Source: an uncultured Spirochaetota bacterium (GTDB lineage: Bacteria; Spirochaetota; Spirochaetia; SZUA-6; Fen-1364). From it: DNA of 64,000 bases. The position numbers and the translations under genes are program-made. The notes below the pieces were generated by a model that saw only the letters and a list, made by a program, of their open reading frames with translations, had not been told where the DNA came from and did no database searches. Location of the stretch: the NCBI GenBank assembly GCA_963734545.1, contig CAVTHO010000004.1, positions 32,001-96,000 on the forward strand, given 5' to 3'. Shown piece by piece: positions 1 through 8,914 of this stretch (the first letter of the stretch is position 1; the number at the start of each line of letters is the position of its first letter).

Positions 1-250
1 CGTCATGATCGAGTTCGACATCGACCGGCAGGTGCCGGTGCGGACCTTCGGAAAAGTGATGCACGTGCGCAAGCAGAAGACCCGCGGCGGCGTCATGCAC
101 GTGAAGTTCACGCGCGTGACGCAGCAGCATCTGAACAGGATCAGCGAGTTCGTCTATGATTTCTCCCGCCCCACCACGCTGGGCCAGGTGCGCCAGCAAA
201 TGGACCGGTCCATCCCGGGCAGGCAGGACACGAGTACCTCTCCGCGTTGA
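1..250 (+). CDS. PilZ-like domain protein, 3' part (5' end outside window)
   Basis: Open frame to TGA at 250. The GKVMHVRKQ...MHVKF...LNRISEFVY pattern resembles the C-terminal strands and helix of PilZ domains. Confidence 0.5.
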   Translation, partial: VMIEFDIDRQVPVRTFGKVMHVRKQKTRGGVMHVKFTRVTQQHLNRISEFVYDFSRPTTLGQVRQQMDRSIPGRQDTSTSPR

Positions 251-264
251 CCCCGCGCCGAACA

Positions 265-293
265 TTGACCGAGGTGTGCCTTTCCACTACTCT
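265..293 (+). promoter_or_regulatory. sigma70-like promoter for tsaE (probably leaderless)
   Basis: TTGACC(265)-17 bp-TACTCT(288); GTG start 6 nt downstream with no SD. Confidence 0.45.
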
Positions 294-299
294 CCAACC

Positions 300-770
300 G
301 TGAGCACGGACGGTCCCCTGCGCCATCACAGCGCAAGCCCCGAGGAGACGATCGCGTTGGGCGCGCGCATCGGCGCGCGTATTGCGGGGAATTCCGCTGA
401 CGGCGCGCTCGTGCTGCTGATCGGGCCGCTCGGCGCGGGCAAGACGGTCCTGGCAAAAGGAATCGCGCGCGGCCTCGGAATAGAGGAGCAGATCATCAGC
501 CCCACGTACACGATCGTCTCCGAGTACGGCTCGGGACGCGTGCCCCTGCATCACGTCGACCTGTACAGGATCGAGGGGACGGAGCAGATGGAGAACCTCG
601 GCCTGGAGGATATCGTGCGCGGGAACGGAATCGTGGTCGTGGAATGGGGAGAAAAGCTCGCGCCGAGCCTCGTTGCCGCGGCAACAGACCGCGAGCCGCG
701 CATACGGGTGACCATCGCGATGGCGGCGGACGGCGGCCGCGATATCACGGTGGAGGACATCCCGGTATGA
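300..770 (+). CDS. tsaE: tRNA threonylcarbamoyladenosine biosynthesis ATPase TsaE
   Basis: GPLGAGKT Walker A, SPTYTIVSEY, HVDLYR and VEWG motifs; GTG start at 300. Confidence 0.93.
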   Translation: MSTDGPLRHHSASPEETIALGARIGARIAGNSADGALVLLIGPLGAGKTVLAKGIARGLGIEEQIISPTYTIVSEYGSGRVPLHHVDLYRIEGTEQMENLGLEDIVRGNGIVVVEWGEKLAPSLVAAATDREPRIRVTIAMAADGGRDITVEDIPV

Positions 771-1423
771 ATGTCCTGGCCATCGACACTGCCACTGAAA
801 CGCTCGCGCTTGCCGCAGCCCGGGGCGACTCCTGGGCGTCGCTGTGCCTGCGCCGCGGTCTCCAGCACTCCCGCGCGCTGCTGCCCCTCGCCGAAAGCCT
901 CCTCACGCAGCTGGGAATGAATGCGACGGACCTGGAGCTCCTGGTCTGCTCGCGAGGGCCGGGCTCCTTCACGGGCATCCGGATCGGCCTCGCCACCGCG
1001 ATGGGCATCAGCCACGGAAGGGGAATCCCGCTCGTGGGCGTGTCCACCCTGGATGCCATTGCGCGCCCGTGGGCGGCGCACGACGGCGACGTGTGCGCGG
1101 TCATCGACGCGCGCAAGGGCAAGTATTACGCGGCCCTTTTTCGCGCGGGGGCCCTTCAGGGCACGTACCGTGACGTCTCCCCCGCCGAGCTGACACAGCT
1201 TCTCGCGGCCGCCGACAGGCCGCTGCTGGCAGGTCCTGACGCGCCCCGGATCGGGGCGCTGCTGGGCGACGACGGACGGGGGGTTGCGCGCACGGACTTC
1301 TTCGATCCTCGCTCACTCCTGCGCATCGGCGTGGAACAATTCGAGAAGCAGGGTGCGGATCCTTCGTCGCTTCAGCCCTTGTACCTTCGCAAGAGCGAGG
1401 CAGAAATTGCGAGTGGCGTATGA
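767..1423 (+). CDS. tsaB: tRNA threonylcarbamoyladenosine biosynthesis protein TsaB
   Basis: MNVLAIDTAT, GPGSFTGIRIG, IDARK and PLYLR motifs; ATGA overlap with tsaE. Confidence 0.95.
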   Translation: MNVLAIDTATETLALAAARGDSWASLCLRRGLQHSRALLPLAESLLTQLGMNATDLELLVCSRGPGSFTGIRIGLATAMGISHGRGIPLVGVSTLDAIARPWAAHDGDVCAVIDARKGKYYAALFRAGALQGTYRDVSPAELTQLLAAADRPLLAGPDAPRIGALLGDDGRGVARTDFFDPRSLLRIGVEQFEKQGADPSSLQPLYLRKSEAEIASGV

Positions 1424-2579
1424 GCACGCGTGACGAGAGTAAAATGCCGCCAGGAGCGGCCGGCAAAATGCCGCCAGGAGCGGCCGGTGAAATGCCGCCA
1501 GGAGCGGCCGGTGGCAATGCGCGCAGGGACGAGCCCCTTGACCTGGAGCTTGTTGAAGAGCCGGCCCCGGGAACGGCGAGGCGGGGCGCGAATTGGACTC
1601 TCCCGAGTTCATCGCCTGGAAGAACTCCTACCTCAACGAACGGCTGCCCAGCCTCTTTCTCGACGGAACCCTGAAGATCCTGCGGGTGAATGACACGTTC
1701 TGCAGGATGTACGCGTGCGAGCCCGAGATGACGGGCGTGTATTTCACCCAGTTCTATGCGCCCTATTTCAATGAGAAGAGAAGCGCCGAGCTGTTCCGCG
1801 CGGTCCGCTCCGCCGACAACGGATTCATGTGGCGCGGCAGGGTGGAAAAGATCGCCACGGACAGGCTGCTCAACGTGTCAAAGATATGGATCATTCCGGT
1901 GCGTCAGAGCCCGGGGGCACTGCCGCGCGCCTACAGCGCCGTCTGCCTGGACATCACGGAGGAACACCGGCAGCTCCTCCAGAGCACGTTCACGAGCCTG
2001 CTGGGAGCGGCGCGCCTGAAGGACAATGACACGGGAAATCACATCGAGCGGGTCAACAGGTATGCGCGCAGCCTCGCGGAGGACCTGGTCGGCAGGCCGG
2101 AAACACCGGACGTGGACCACGAGTTCGTCGAAACCATCGGGCTCGTGGCCGCGCTGCATGACGTGGGCAAGATCGGCACGCCGGACGACATTCTCAACAA
2201 GGCGGGAAAGCTGGAAGCCTGGGAATGGGACGTCATGAAGCAGCACACGACGAACGGCGCGTATATTCTTTCCACATATCCCCACCCGATGGCACGGGAG
2301 ATCGCGCTGCGTCATCATGAGCGGTGGGACGGAAGCGGGTACCCGCACGGCCTCAGCCAGGACCTCATTCCCATCTCGGCACGCATCGTGTCGATTGCCG
2401 ATGTGTATGACGCCCTGAGGATGCGCCGCGCCTACAAGGAGGCCTTCACGCACGAGCAGGTCCTGGAAAGCATGGGCGGCGAGTCAGGGTCGCACTTCGA
2501 TCCGTTCCTGGTCACGCGTTTCATGGCGATATCGGAATCTTTCCGATCGATCTTCAGCGAGCTTGCGGATCCTTCTTAG
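1420..2579 (+). CDS. PAS + HD-GYP c-di-GMP phosphodiesterase (apparent frameshift ~1557-1592)
   Basis: ORF 1593-2579 has a PAS-like N-terminus, LHDVGKIG and [14 protein letters not shown] at 1420 overlaps the tsaB stop but is in another frame, so the true start is uncertain. Confidence 0.85.
1441..1512 (+). repeat. 3 x 24-bp tandem repeat RAAATGCCGCCAGGAGCGGCCGGY
   Basis: Units at 1441, 1465 and 1489; each can fold as GCCGC-CAGGA-GCGGC. Confidence 0.95.
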
Positions 2580-2919
2580 GCGGGATGCCGCCGGGAGCGG
2601 CCGGTGGCTTCGTGGAGGGAGCGGCCGGTGGAATGCCGCCAGGAGCGGCCGGTGGAGTGCCGCCAGGAGCGGCCGATTTGCCGGATGCGGGGTTTGTGCC
2701 CATGAGCCCCTGCAGGCTCGGCAGGGTCTGCGGTGCGGCGGAGGCAGCGGCGCGGTTCTCCTCCTGTATCGCCGCATAGACCTCCCGGCGATACACCTTG
2801 ACCTGGGAGGGCGCGTTGATGCCCAGCTTGACCTGGTCTCCCTTGATGTCGACCACGGTGAGCTCGACCTGATCGCCGATCATGATGCTCTCGCCGATGC
2901 GGCGCGCGAGGATCAGCAT
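2554..2919 (-). CDS. csrA: Carbon storage regulator CsrA with long Pro/Gly/Ala C-terminal tail
   Basis: [44 protein letters not shown]; lies downstream of fliW. Confidence 0.95.
   Translation of the reverse strand: MLILARRIGESIMIGDQVELTVVDIKGDQVKLGINAPSQVKVYRREVYAAIQEENRAAASAAPQTLPSLQGLMGTNPASGKSAAPGGTPPAAPGGIPPAAPSTKPPAAPGGIPPKKDPQAR
2582..2677 (+). repeat. 4 x 24-bp tandem repeat of the same family as 1441-1512
   Basis: Units at 2582, 2606 (degenerate), 2630 and 2654; same orientation as the first array; lies within the csrA 3' coding tail on the minus strand. Confidence 0.93.
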
Positions 2920-3365
2920 GAAGCGCCTTGCCTGGCCCGGGCAAGCTCATCCAGAATGACGTGACGCACTCCCCACCGGGGGTTGCTGCTGATCGATTGC
3001 CGACCTTCGCGCGTGCGCCGATTCAGGATGAGCGGTCCCTGGAGGTTCGCGGTCATCAGGGAGGAGTTTTCCGGAATGGTGACGATGGCGAAAACGAGCC
3101 CGTCCTCTCCCGCGGCAACCCCGATTTCCTCGAGCTCGCCCGGGTCCACGTCCGGAGTGTAGTCCGGCCGGAAGAACAGCGGGTCGATCAGCACAAAAGC
3201 CACCTCGACGCGCTCGACCGACTGAAGCCAGTAGAAAGGCTGCTGGGTGGCGTCCAGAAGCACGAACTCGCGCAGATTTTCGAAACCGAACAAGCCCCGG
3301 GGAAATCTTATCCGCTGGCCTTCAGCGATCTCCACTTCTCCATACGGCTTGGTGAGCACTTTCAT
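2913..3365 (-). CDS. fliW: Flagellar assembly factor FliW
   Basis: [15 protein letters not shown] and [11 protein letters not shown] motifs; lies between flgL and csrA. Confidence 0.95.
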   Translation of the reverse strand: MKVLTKPYGEVEIAEGQRIRFPRGLFGFENLREFVLLDATQQPFYWLQSVERVEVAFVLIDPLFFRPDYTPDVDPGELEEIGVAAGEDGLVFAIVTIPENSSLMTANLQGPLILNRRTREGRQSISSNPRWGVRHVILDELARARQGASC

Positions 3366-3368
3366 GGC

Positions 3369-4619
3369 TTACCTCAGGAAGTCCAGCAGCTTGGGGCGAT
3401 TCAAGACGCGCGCCGTTGCCGCAAGCGCCGCCTCGTGGGTGAACTCCAGGGTCTTGAGCTGGGTAATGGCGTCCGCCATGTCCAGGTCGCGTTCCTGAGA
3501 GTCGAAGCGGATCAGCTCCGGCTGCTGGAAGGCGAGCCTCTTTGCCACGGTGTCGAGCCTGTTGTCGCGCGCCCCGATGTCACCCAGCACGCCGGCAAGG
3601 GTCGTAATGGAATCCTCGATCCCCCGCAGGCCTGCGCCCCCCACCTTTTCGCCGGCGCCCTCGAACATGGCGTTGCGAAGATTGATCACCATGTCGAAGA
3701 TGGATCCGCCGAACACCCGCGCGCTTCGCGCCACATTCAGCGGGGGACGGTCGCCGCCCGGCGCCAGGATGCCCAGGTCCTGCAGCACGGTCCCCCCGCC
3801 CATGTCCTCGGCCCAGATCTGATGGGGAAGCGTCGTGCTCAGCACCAGGGAATTGCTCACGGGATCGAGGCTCGCGCGGACGGGCGCGGCTGAATCGTTT
3901 ATCTTTGCCGCAATTGCCGACAGAGTGTCACCGGGGGAAAGGCGTATTTCCGCCCCGTCGATGCGGATCGTGGAGCTCGCCTGCACCCGGTACTGGCCCG
4001 CGTCCACGGTGGAATAGATCTGCTGCTGCTCGGCCCAGAATGCGACGTTCCCCGGCAGGTTGATGTCCACCGTGGCGCCTTCCTGTACCTCCGCCGCGCC
4101 CCTGTCGATGTTGCCCAGGTAGTCCACCGAGACCACCCTGTCCGAGCTCCCGCCGGGCACCCGCCCCGTGGTCGTTCGGAAAGGAGTTGTCTTCGAGAGG
4201 GTTCCCGCAAAGAGGGAATTGCCGCTCTGGTCCTTGGAGTTGGCGATCGTGAGCAGCTCTCCCAGGAGCTGATCCACCTCTTCGCCCATGTAGCCCATCT
4301 GCGACTTGTCCACCGTGCCGTTGGCGCCCTGCACGGCCAGCTCGCGGACCCTCTGCAGGATGTCCATCGCGCTGCGCAGGTTGCCTTCCCCGCTGGAGAG
4401 CGTGTTGCGCACGGACTCGATGTTCTTGCCGAACCTGTCCGCGCGCATGATCTCGGACTGAAACCGCGTGGAGCGGGAGGCGGCAAGCGGGTCGTCGCGC
4501 AGGTCCTTGATCTTCGACTGCGCGCCCACCTTGTTCGTCATCTGGTTCATATCGAACTCGCGCAGCTCCCGGTAGTAGCTGCTGTCGAAAGTCGGTTGTT
4601 GTGAGCTGATCCTCTTCAT
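3369..4619 (-). CDS. flgL: Flagellar hook-associated protein 3 FlgL
   Basis: Flagellin-like termini (DDPLAA, RELAVQGANG, KLLDFLR); follows flgK. Confidence 0.93.
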   Translation of the reverse strand: MKRISSQQPTFDSSYYRELREFDMNQMTNKVGAQSKIKDLRDDPLAASRSTRFQSEIMRADRFGKNIESVRNTLSSGEGNLRSAMDILQRVRELAVQGANGTVDKSQMGYMGEEVDQLLGELLTIANSKDQSGNSLFAGTLSKTTPFRTTTGRVPGGSSDRVVSVDYLGNIDRGAAEVQEGATVDINLPGNVAFWAEQQQIYSTVDAGQYRVQASSTIRIDGAEIRLSPGDTLSAIAAKINDSAAPVRASLDPVSNSLVLSTTLPHQIWAEDMGGGTVLQDLGILAPGGDRPPLNVARSARVFGGSIFDMVINLRNAMFEGAGEKVGGAGLRGIEDSITTLAGVLGDIGARDNRLDTVAKRLAFQQPELIRFDSQERDLDMADAITQLKTLEFTHEAALAATARVLNRPKLLDFLR

Positions 4620-4631
4620 TCCTGTCCGTCC

Positions 4632-6515
4632 TTACACGCCCATCCTGTTGATGATGATGTCGAGCATCTTGTCGAAGGTCGACACGAAGCGCGCAATCGC
4701 CGCGTAGCCGTTCTGGTACGTGATCATCGTGGAAAGCTCTTCGTCGACATTCACGCCGGAGATCGATTCACGCAGGTCCTTGAGGTCTTTCATCACGAGC
4801 TTGACCGTGTCGAGGCTGCGGTTCGCCTCTTCGCCCTTCAGCCCGATGCCGGCCACCCTGTCCGCAAAATAGCTGTCGAAGGTGGAGGTGACGCCTACCA
4901 TGACAGGGGTCGTGCGAAGCTGCGCAATGGCGAGGGCGGACGTGCCGTCCCCGACGCCGTCTGATTTTCCATCCACTCCGGAAGCTGCGGCGATTGACCC
5001 CGGATTCTGCAGGAGGCGCTCATTCACCTCGATCCAGCCCGCGGGGTGCGCAAGCGGCGCCACGGCGTACGAGGACCCGTCCGCCTGCGTGAGCGCCTGC
5101 ACGGCGTCCGCGCGGCTCCATGCGTAGGCGCCGGCAGGGCCCGGTGCCTTGAGAATGCCGCTGTAGCCGACGAGGAACTGGCCGGAGTCTTCCAGGCTCC
5201 GGATCACGAAATCGGGGTTCCGCGTGTCGGCCGCTGGTGTCGCCTTCAGGGAAAGCCTGCCTTCCGAGTTCAGACGTGCGACCACCTCGGCGCCGGACAG
5301 GTTGATACGGGTGACGAGGTCCTCGACCGTATCGGTGGGATGGTAGGTTACGGTGACCGCGCCGTCGGCTCCCGGGAGCGTGAGGACGCCCTCGAGGCCT
5401 ATCTGGTCCTTCGCCTTCAAGGCATTGGAGCCCGTGACGCGAAATACCCACGTGGAGTCCGGGACACCGGTGCCCCTCGAATCGTAGTTGCCGGCGACAT
5501 TGGTGATGAACGGCCGCTCCACGAAGAAGTCTGCTCCCTTCTCACCGTTCAAGCCGAAGCCCTGCCGATGGATCTCGTTCACGAGGTCCGTGAAATTGAG
5601 CGAGAGGAGGTCGAGGCTCTGGATCTCCTGCCGCGCATCCCCGTCGCGGACCTGCAGCAGCGAGGCGATCTTGCCGCCGCGGAGGCTCACCGGGCCGCGC
5701 GTATCGTCCCAGACGAGGTTGGAGTATCCCTCGTTCGTCCTGTCTGCCTGGAGGGCAATCGTCTCGTGGTGCAGGCCCTGGACGAGATGCGTGCCGCCCG
5801 TGGTGACGACGAACTCTCCCGCCGGATCGTTGGTCCTTATCGTGATGTCCACGAGGGAGGAAAGCTGGCCCACCAGCAGGTCCCTGCGGTCCAGGAGGTC
5901 ATTGGGGTTGTCCCCGAGGGCCTGGGACTTGACGATCTGGCCGTTCAACAGCGCGATCTGCCGGGTGAGCTCGTTCACCTGGGCCACGGTGCCCCGGATA
6001 TCGTCCTCCACCATGTCGCGCACTCCCTTGAGGCGCTGATAGCGGTCGTGGATCCCGTCCACGAGTGATTTGCCCTTTTCCAATACAGAGCGGCGTGACG
6101 CCATCTCGGTGGGATTGAGGGAGAGGTCCTGCCATGACCCCCAGAACTGGTCCATCAGGGCGCGCACCGAATGATCGGTGGGCTCATTGTAGACCTGCTC
6201 CATCATCAGGATGTACTTGTCCCGGGAGTCCCAGTAGCCCTGCACGTTCTGCTCGGACACGATGCGTCCCTCGAGCAGCATGTCCTTGAGCCGCTCGATG
6301 CGCGTCACGTCCACGCCCTGTCCGATCTGCCCCGGGGTCTCCTCCCGATTGAGCTGCGGCTCGTACAGGGGCAGAGTCGCGTGCATCTCGACGCGCTGTC
6401 TGCTGTACCCCTCGGTGGCGGCATTGGAAAGATTGTGCCCGATGGTCTGGAGCCCCTGGGTGGTGGCGACGAGCCCCCGCTTGCCGAGCTCGATGGGGGC
6501 GAAACTGGATTGCAC
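4632..6515 (-). CDS. flgK: Flagellar hook-associated protein FlgK
   Basis: GHNLSNAATEGYSRQRV, NDLLDRRD and SGVNVDEE motifs. Confidence 0.95.
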   Translation of the reverse strand: MQSSFAPIELGKRGLVATTQGLQTIGHNLSNAATEGYSRQRVEMHATLPLYEPQLNREETPGQIGQGVDVTRIERLKDMLLEGRIVSEQNVQGYWDSRDKYILMMEQVYNEPTDHSVRALMDQFWGSWQDLSLNPTEMASRRSVLEKGKSLVDGIHDRYQRLKGVRDMVEDDIRGTVAQVNELTRQIALLNGQIVKSQALGDNPNDLLDRRDLLVGQLSSLVDITIRTNDPAGEFVVTTGGTHLVQGLHHETIALQADRTNEGYSNLVWDDTRGPVSLRGGKIASLLQVRDGDARQEIQSLDLLSLNFTDLVNEIHRQGFGLNGEKGADFFVERPFITNVAGNYDSRGTGVPDSTWVFRVTGSNALKAKDQIGLEGVLTLPGADGAVTVTYHPTDTVEDLVTRINLSGAEVVARLNSEGRLSLKATPAADTRNPDFVIRSLEDSGQFLVGYSGILKAPGPAGAYAWSRADAVQALTQADGSSYAVAPLAHPAGWIEVNERLLQNPGSIAAASGVDGKSDGVGDGTSALAIAQLRTTPVMVGVTSTFDSYFADRVAGIGLKGEEANRSLDTVKLVMKDLKDLRESISGVNVDEELSTMITYQNGYAAIARFVSTFDKMLDIIINRMGV

Positions 6516-6524
6516 GGCGTCCTC

Positions 6525-7028
6525 CTACTGGTGGCGGTCGACGAGAAGCGCGCCGCTCACGCCTGTGGGCGTGCCCCGACGGGAGTAGATCCTGCCCTTG
6601 CGGTAGGGGAATATCTGCTCGAGTATCCGGTTGAGCGCATCCGCGAGCGTCTCCGCCGAGTAGCGCATCCTGCCCGTGGCGGTCTTCAGCCGCACGACAC
6701 TCACGCGCAGCCTGCGCCAGCCGTCCTCGAGTCCGGCCCGCGCCTCCTCGGGCAGCGCGGGCATGAGCGCGGAGAAGGTCGTCTCCCGCGGCATCTGCAT
6801 GGCGGCGCGCAGGCGTACGAATGCCTCGTCCCGGAGGGAGTCCGCCTCCACGATTTCCTCCGCGGCATGCTCGATGCCCTGGGCACGCACAAGGCCGGCA
6901 TTCCAGCTCTTCTCCTGGAAGCACTCGCGCAGGCGCTCCACTTCGCGGCCCAGGCGGTCGAAAAGCTCCGTCTCCTGGTCCATGCGGACCTTCAGCGTCT
7001 GCCAGAGGACATTCGTCTGCTCATCCAT
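6525..7028 (-). CDS. flgN: FlgN-like flagellar export chaperone
   Basis: Coiled-coil protein directly upstream of flgK with a C-terminal YSRRG motif; ATG at 7028. Confidence 0.65.
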   Translation of the reverse strand: MDEQTNVLWQTLKVRMDQETELFDRLGREVERLRECFQEKSWNAGLVRAQGIEHAAEEIVEADSLRDEAFVRLRAAMQMPRETTFSALMPALPEEARAGLEDGWRRLRVSVVRLKTATGRMRYSAETLADALNRILEQIFPYRKGRIYSRRGTPTGVSGALLVDRHQ

Positions 7029-7053
7029 CGCTTCGCTCCTCTTCCTTCCTTCA

Positions 7054-7080
7054 ATGTCGGAAGAACTTTCCTTCCCATGA
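7054..7080 (-). promoter_or_regulatory. sigma28 (FliA)-like promoter for the flgN-flgK-flgL-fliW-csrA operon
   Basis: Minus strand TCAT-N15-TCCGACAT versus consensus TAAA-N15-GCCGATAA. Confidence 0.5.
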
Positions 7081-7116
7081 GCGCGGCAATCTGCTATCTT
7101 TGGCGGGGAGACATTC

Positions 7117-8055
7117 ATGACCACTGATCGTGACCTGATCATCATTGGCGGAGGCGGGGCAGGTCTGTCCGCGGCGCAGTACGGCGCCCGCGCAAACCTG
7201 CGCACGCTCGTCCTGGAGGAGTTTGCCTCCGGGGGCCAGGCGCTGCTCATCGACGCGCTGGAGAACTACCCGGGGTTCCCCGAACCCATCAATGGATTCG
7301 ATTTCACCCAGAAAATGGAAGAGCAGGCAAAGAGGTTCGGGGCGGAATTCCAGAACGCCACCGTCACGTCCCTGCGCAAGGAGAACGGCTTTTTCGTCGT
7401 GGAGACGGACAGGGGACCGATGACCTCCGACACGGTGATCCTTGCAACCGGGGCGGCGCATAAAACACTCGGCGTCCCGGGGGAGGCGGAGCTGGCCGGT
7501 AAGGGCGTCTCGTACTGCGCTACCTGCGACGGCCCATTCTTCAAGGGGAAGCGGATGCTCGTGGTCGGCGGCGGAGACGCGGCATGTGACGAGGCCATGT
7601 ACCTTGCCCACCTGGCCTGCGGCGTCCTCATGATTGCCCGAAAAGAAAAGTTCCGTGCCCAGAAATCGCTTGCCGCGCGCGTGCTCGCAAATCCGAAAAT
7701 CGAAGTGCGTTTTTCCACCGAGCTGCGCAGGATCTCGGGGTCCCCGAATGTGAGCCAGGTGGTCCTGGTGGACAACAAGTCAGGTCGGGAGTACGAGGAA
7801 GCCGTCGACGCAGTTTTCATCTTCATCGGCTCGGATCCCAAGAGCGCGCTTGTCCAGCCGCTGGGAATCGCTCTTGATGACGTGGGCTACGTGGAGACCA
7901 ACCAGCTCATGGAGACGTCCGTGCCGGGGCTCTATGCGGCGGGCGACGTGCGCGCCACGCCGTTCCGGCAGCTCGTGGTGGCCGCTGCGGAAGGAGCTAT
8001 TGCCGCCCACGCCGCCGGCCAGTTCATCGATGAGAAGAAAGGCGCGTGCGACTAG
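7117..8055 (+). CDS. trxB: Thioredoxin-disulfide reductase
   Basis: GGGGAG, GVSYCATCDG, VGGGDAA and TSVPGLYAAGD motifs. Confidence 0.95.
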   Translation: MTTDRDLIIIGGGGAGLSAAQYGARANLRTLVLEEFASGGQALLIDALENYPGFPEPINGFDFTQKMEEQAKRFGAEFQNATVTSLRKENGFFVVETDRGPMTSDTVILATGAAHKTLGVPGEAELAGKGVSYCATCDGPFFKGKRMLVVGGGDAACDEAMYLAHLACGVLMIARKEKFRAQKSLAARVLANPKIEVRFSTELRRISGSPNVSQVVLVDNKSGREYEEAVDAVFIFIGSDPKSALVQPLGIALDDVGYVETNQLMETSVPGLYAAGDVRATPFRQLVVAAAEGAIAAHAAGQFIDEKKGACD

Positions 8056-8065
8056 TGAGGCCCGC

Positions 8066-8854
8066 GTGAAGTTTCGGCTCATCGTCCATCCCCGGATGGA
8101 GGGCAGGCTCGACATGGCGGTCGACGAAGCCCTTGCCGAGGCGGTGGGGGCCGGCGCAAGCCTCCCGGTCGTCAGGCTGTACGGGTTCGCTCCCCCCACC
8201 CTCTCCCTCGGCAGGTTCCAGAGGATCAAGGGGAGGTATTCACCCGCGCTGCTTGCGGAGGATGGCATTACCCTCGTGCGCCGGCCGACGGGCGGCCATG
8301 CGGTGCTGCACGATTGCGAGCTCACCTACTCGGTCGCGCTCTCCAAGGAGGAAAGCGGGACTCTGATCGGGGGAGCCAGGAAGAGGGAGGTGTATGAGTT
8401 TGTGGCGCGGGTGCTCCTGGCAGGGCTCGCCGAGCTCGGCGTCAAGGGGCAGGTCAATGCGTCCCGGCACGGTGACCTTCACAACCCGGACTGCTTCGGA
8501 TCGGCCGGCGAATACGAGATCACCGGGCGGGACGCGCGCAAGCTCATCGGCAGCGCCCAGATGACGACACGGAGGGCCATTCTTCAGCATGGGTCCATCC
8601 CCCTTGAAAACCCCGGCAGACGCGTCCTGCGCTACATCCGGGTGGATGAGCCCGTGGATTCGCGCGCGCCCACCTGCCTGGACGAGGAGACGGGCCGGAG
8701 CCTCACTTTCGAAGAGGTGCGGGAGGCCTTTGCCCGCGCGTTTCAAAAGAATCTCGACACGGAAGAATCCGAGCTGCGCGCGGAAGAAAAGAAAGCGGCG
8801 GATCGGATCCTGGCTGCGCGGTACGCGAGCGACTCATGGAACCTCGCATACTGA
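8066..8854 (+). CDS. Lipoate-protein ligase A / octanoyltransferase (LipM-like) family
   Basis: DMAVDEAL, RRPTGGHAVLH, KLIGSAQ and LQHGS motifs. Confidence 0.88.
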   Translation: MKFRLIVHPRMEGRLDMAVDEALAEAVGAGASLPVVRLYGFAPPTLSLGRFQRIKGRYSPALLAEDGITLVRRPTGGHAVLHDCELTYSVALSKEESGTLIGGARKREVYEFVARVLLAGLAELGVKGQVNASRHGDLHNPDCFGSAGEYEITGRDARKLIGSAQMTTRRAILQHGSIPLENPGRRVLRYIRVDEPVDSRAPTCLDEETGRSLTFEEVREAFARAFQKNLDTEESELRAEEKKAADRILAARYASDSWNLAY

Positions 8855-8914
8855 GGCATCGCGGTACGGCGTACCCGCCGAACGGGTACTCCCGGACTCC
8901 GCGGATTTTGCGCC

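Noticed and set aside
1441-2677. 24-bp repeats as a CRISPR array
   Set aside because: The units are directly tandem with no unique spacers, and there are no cas genes.
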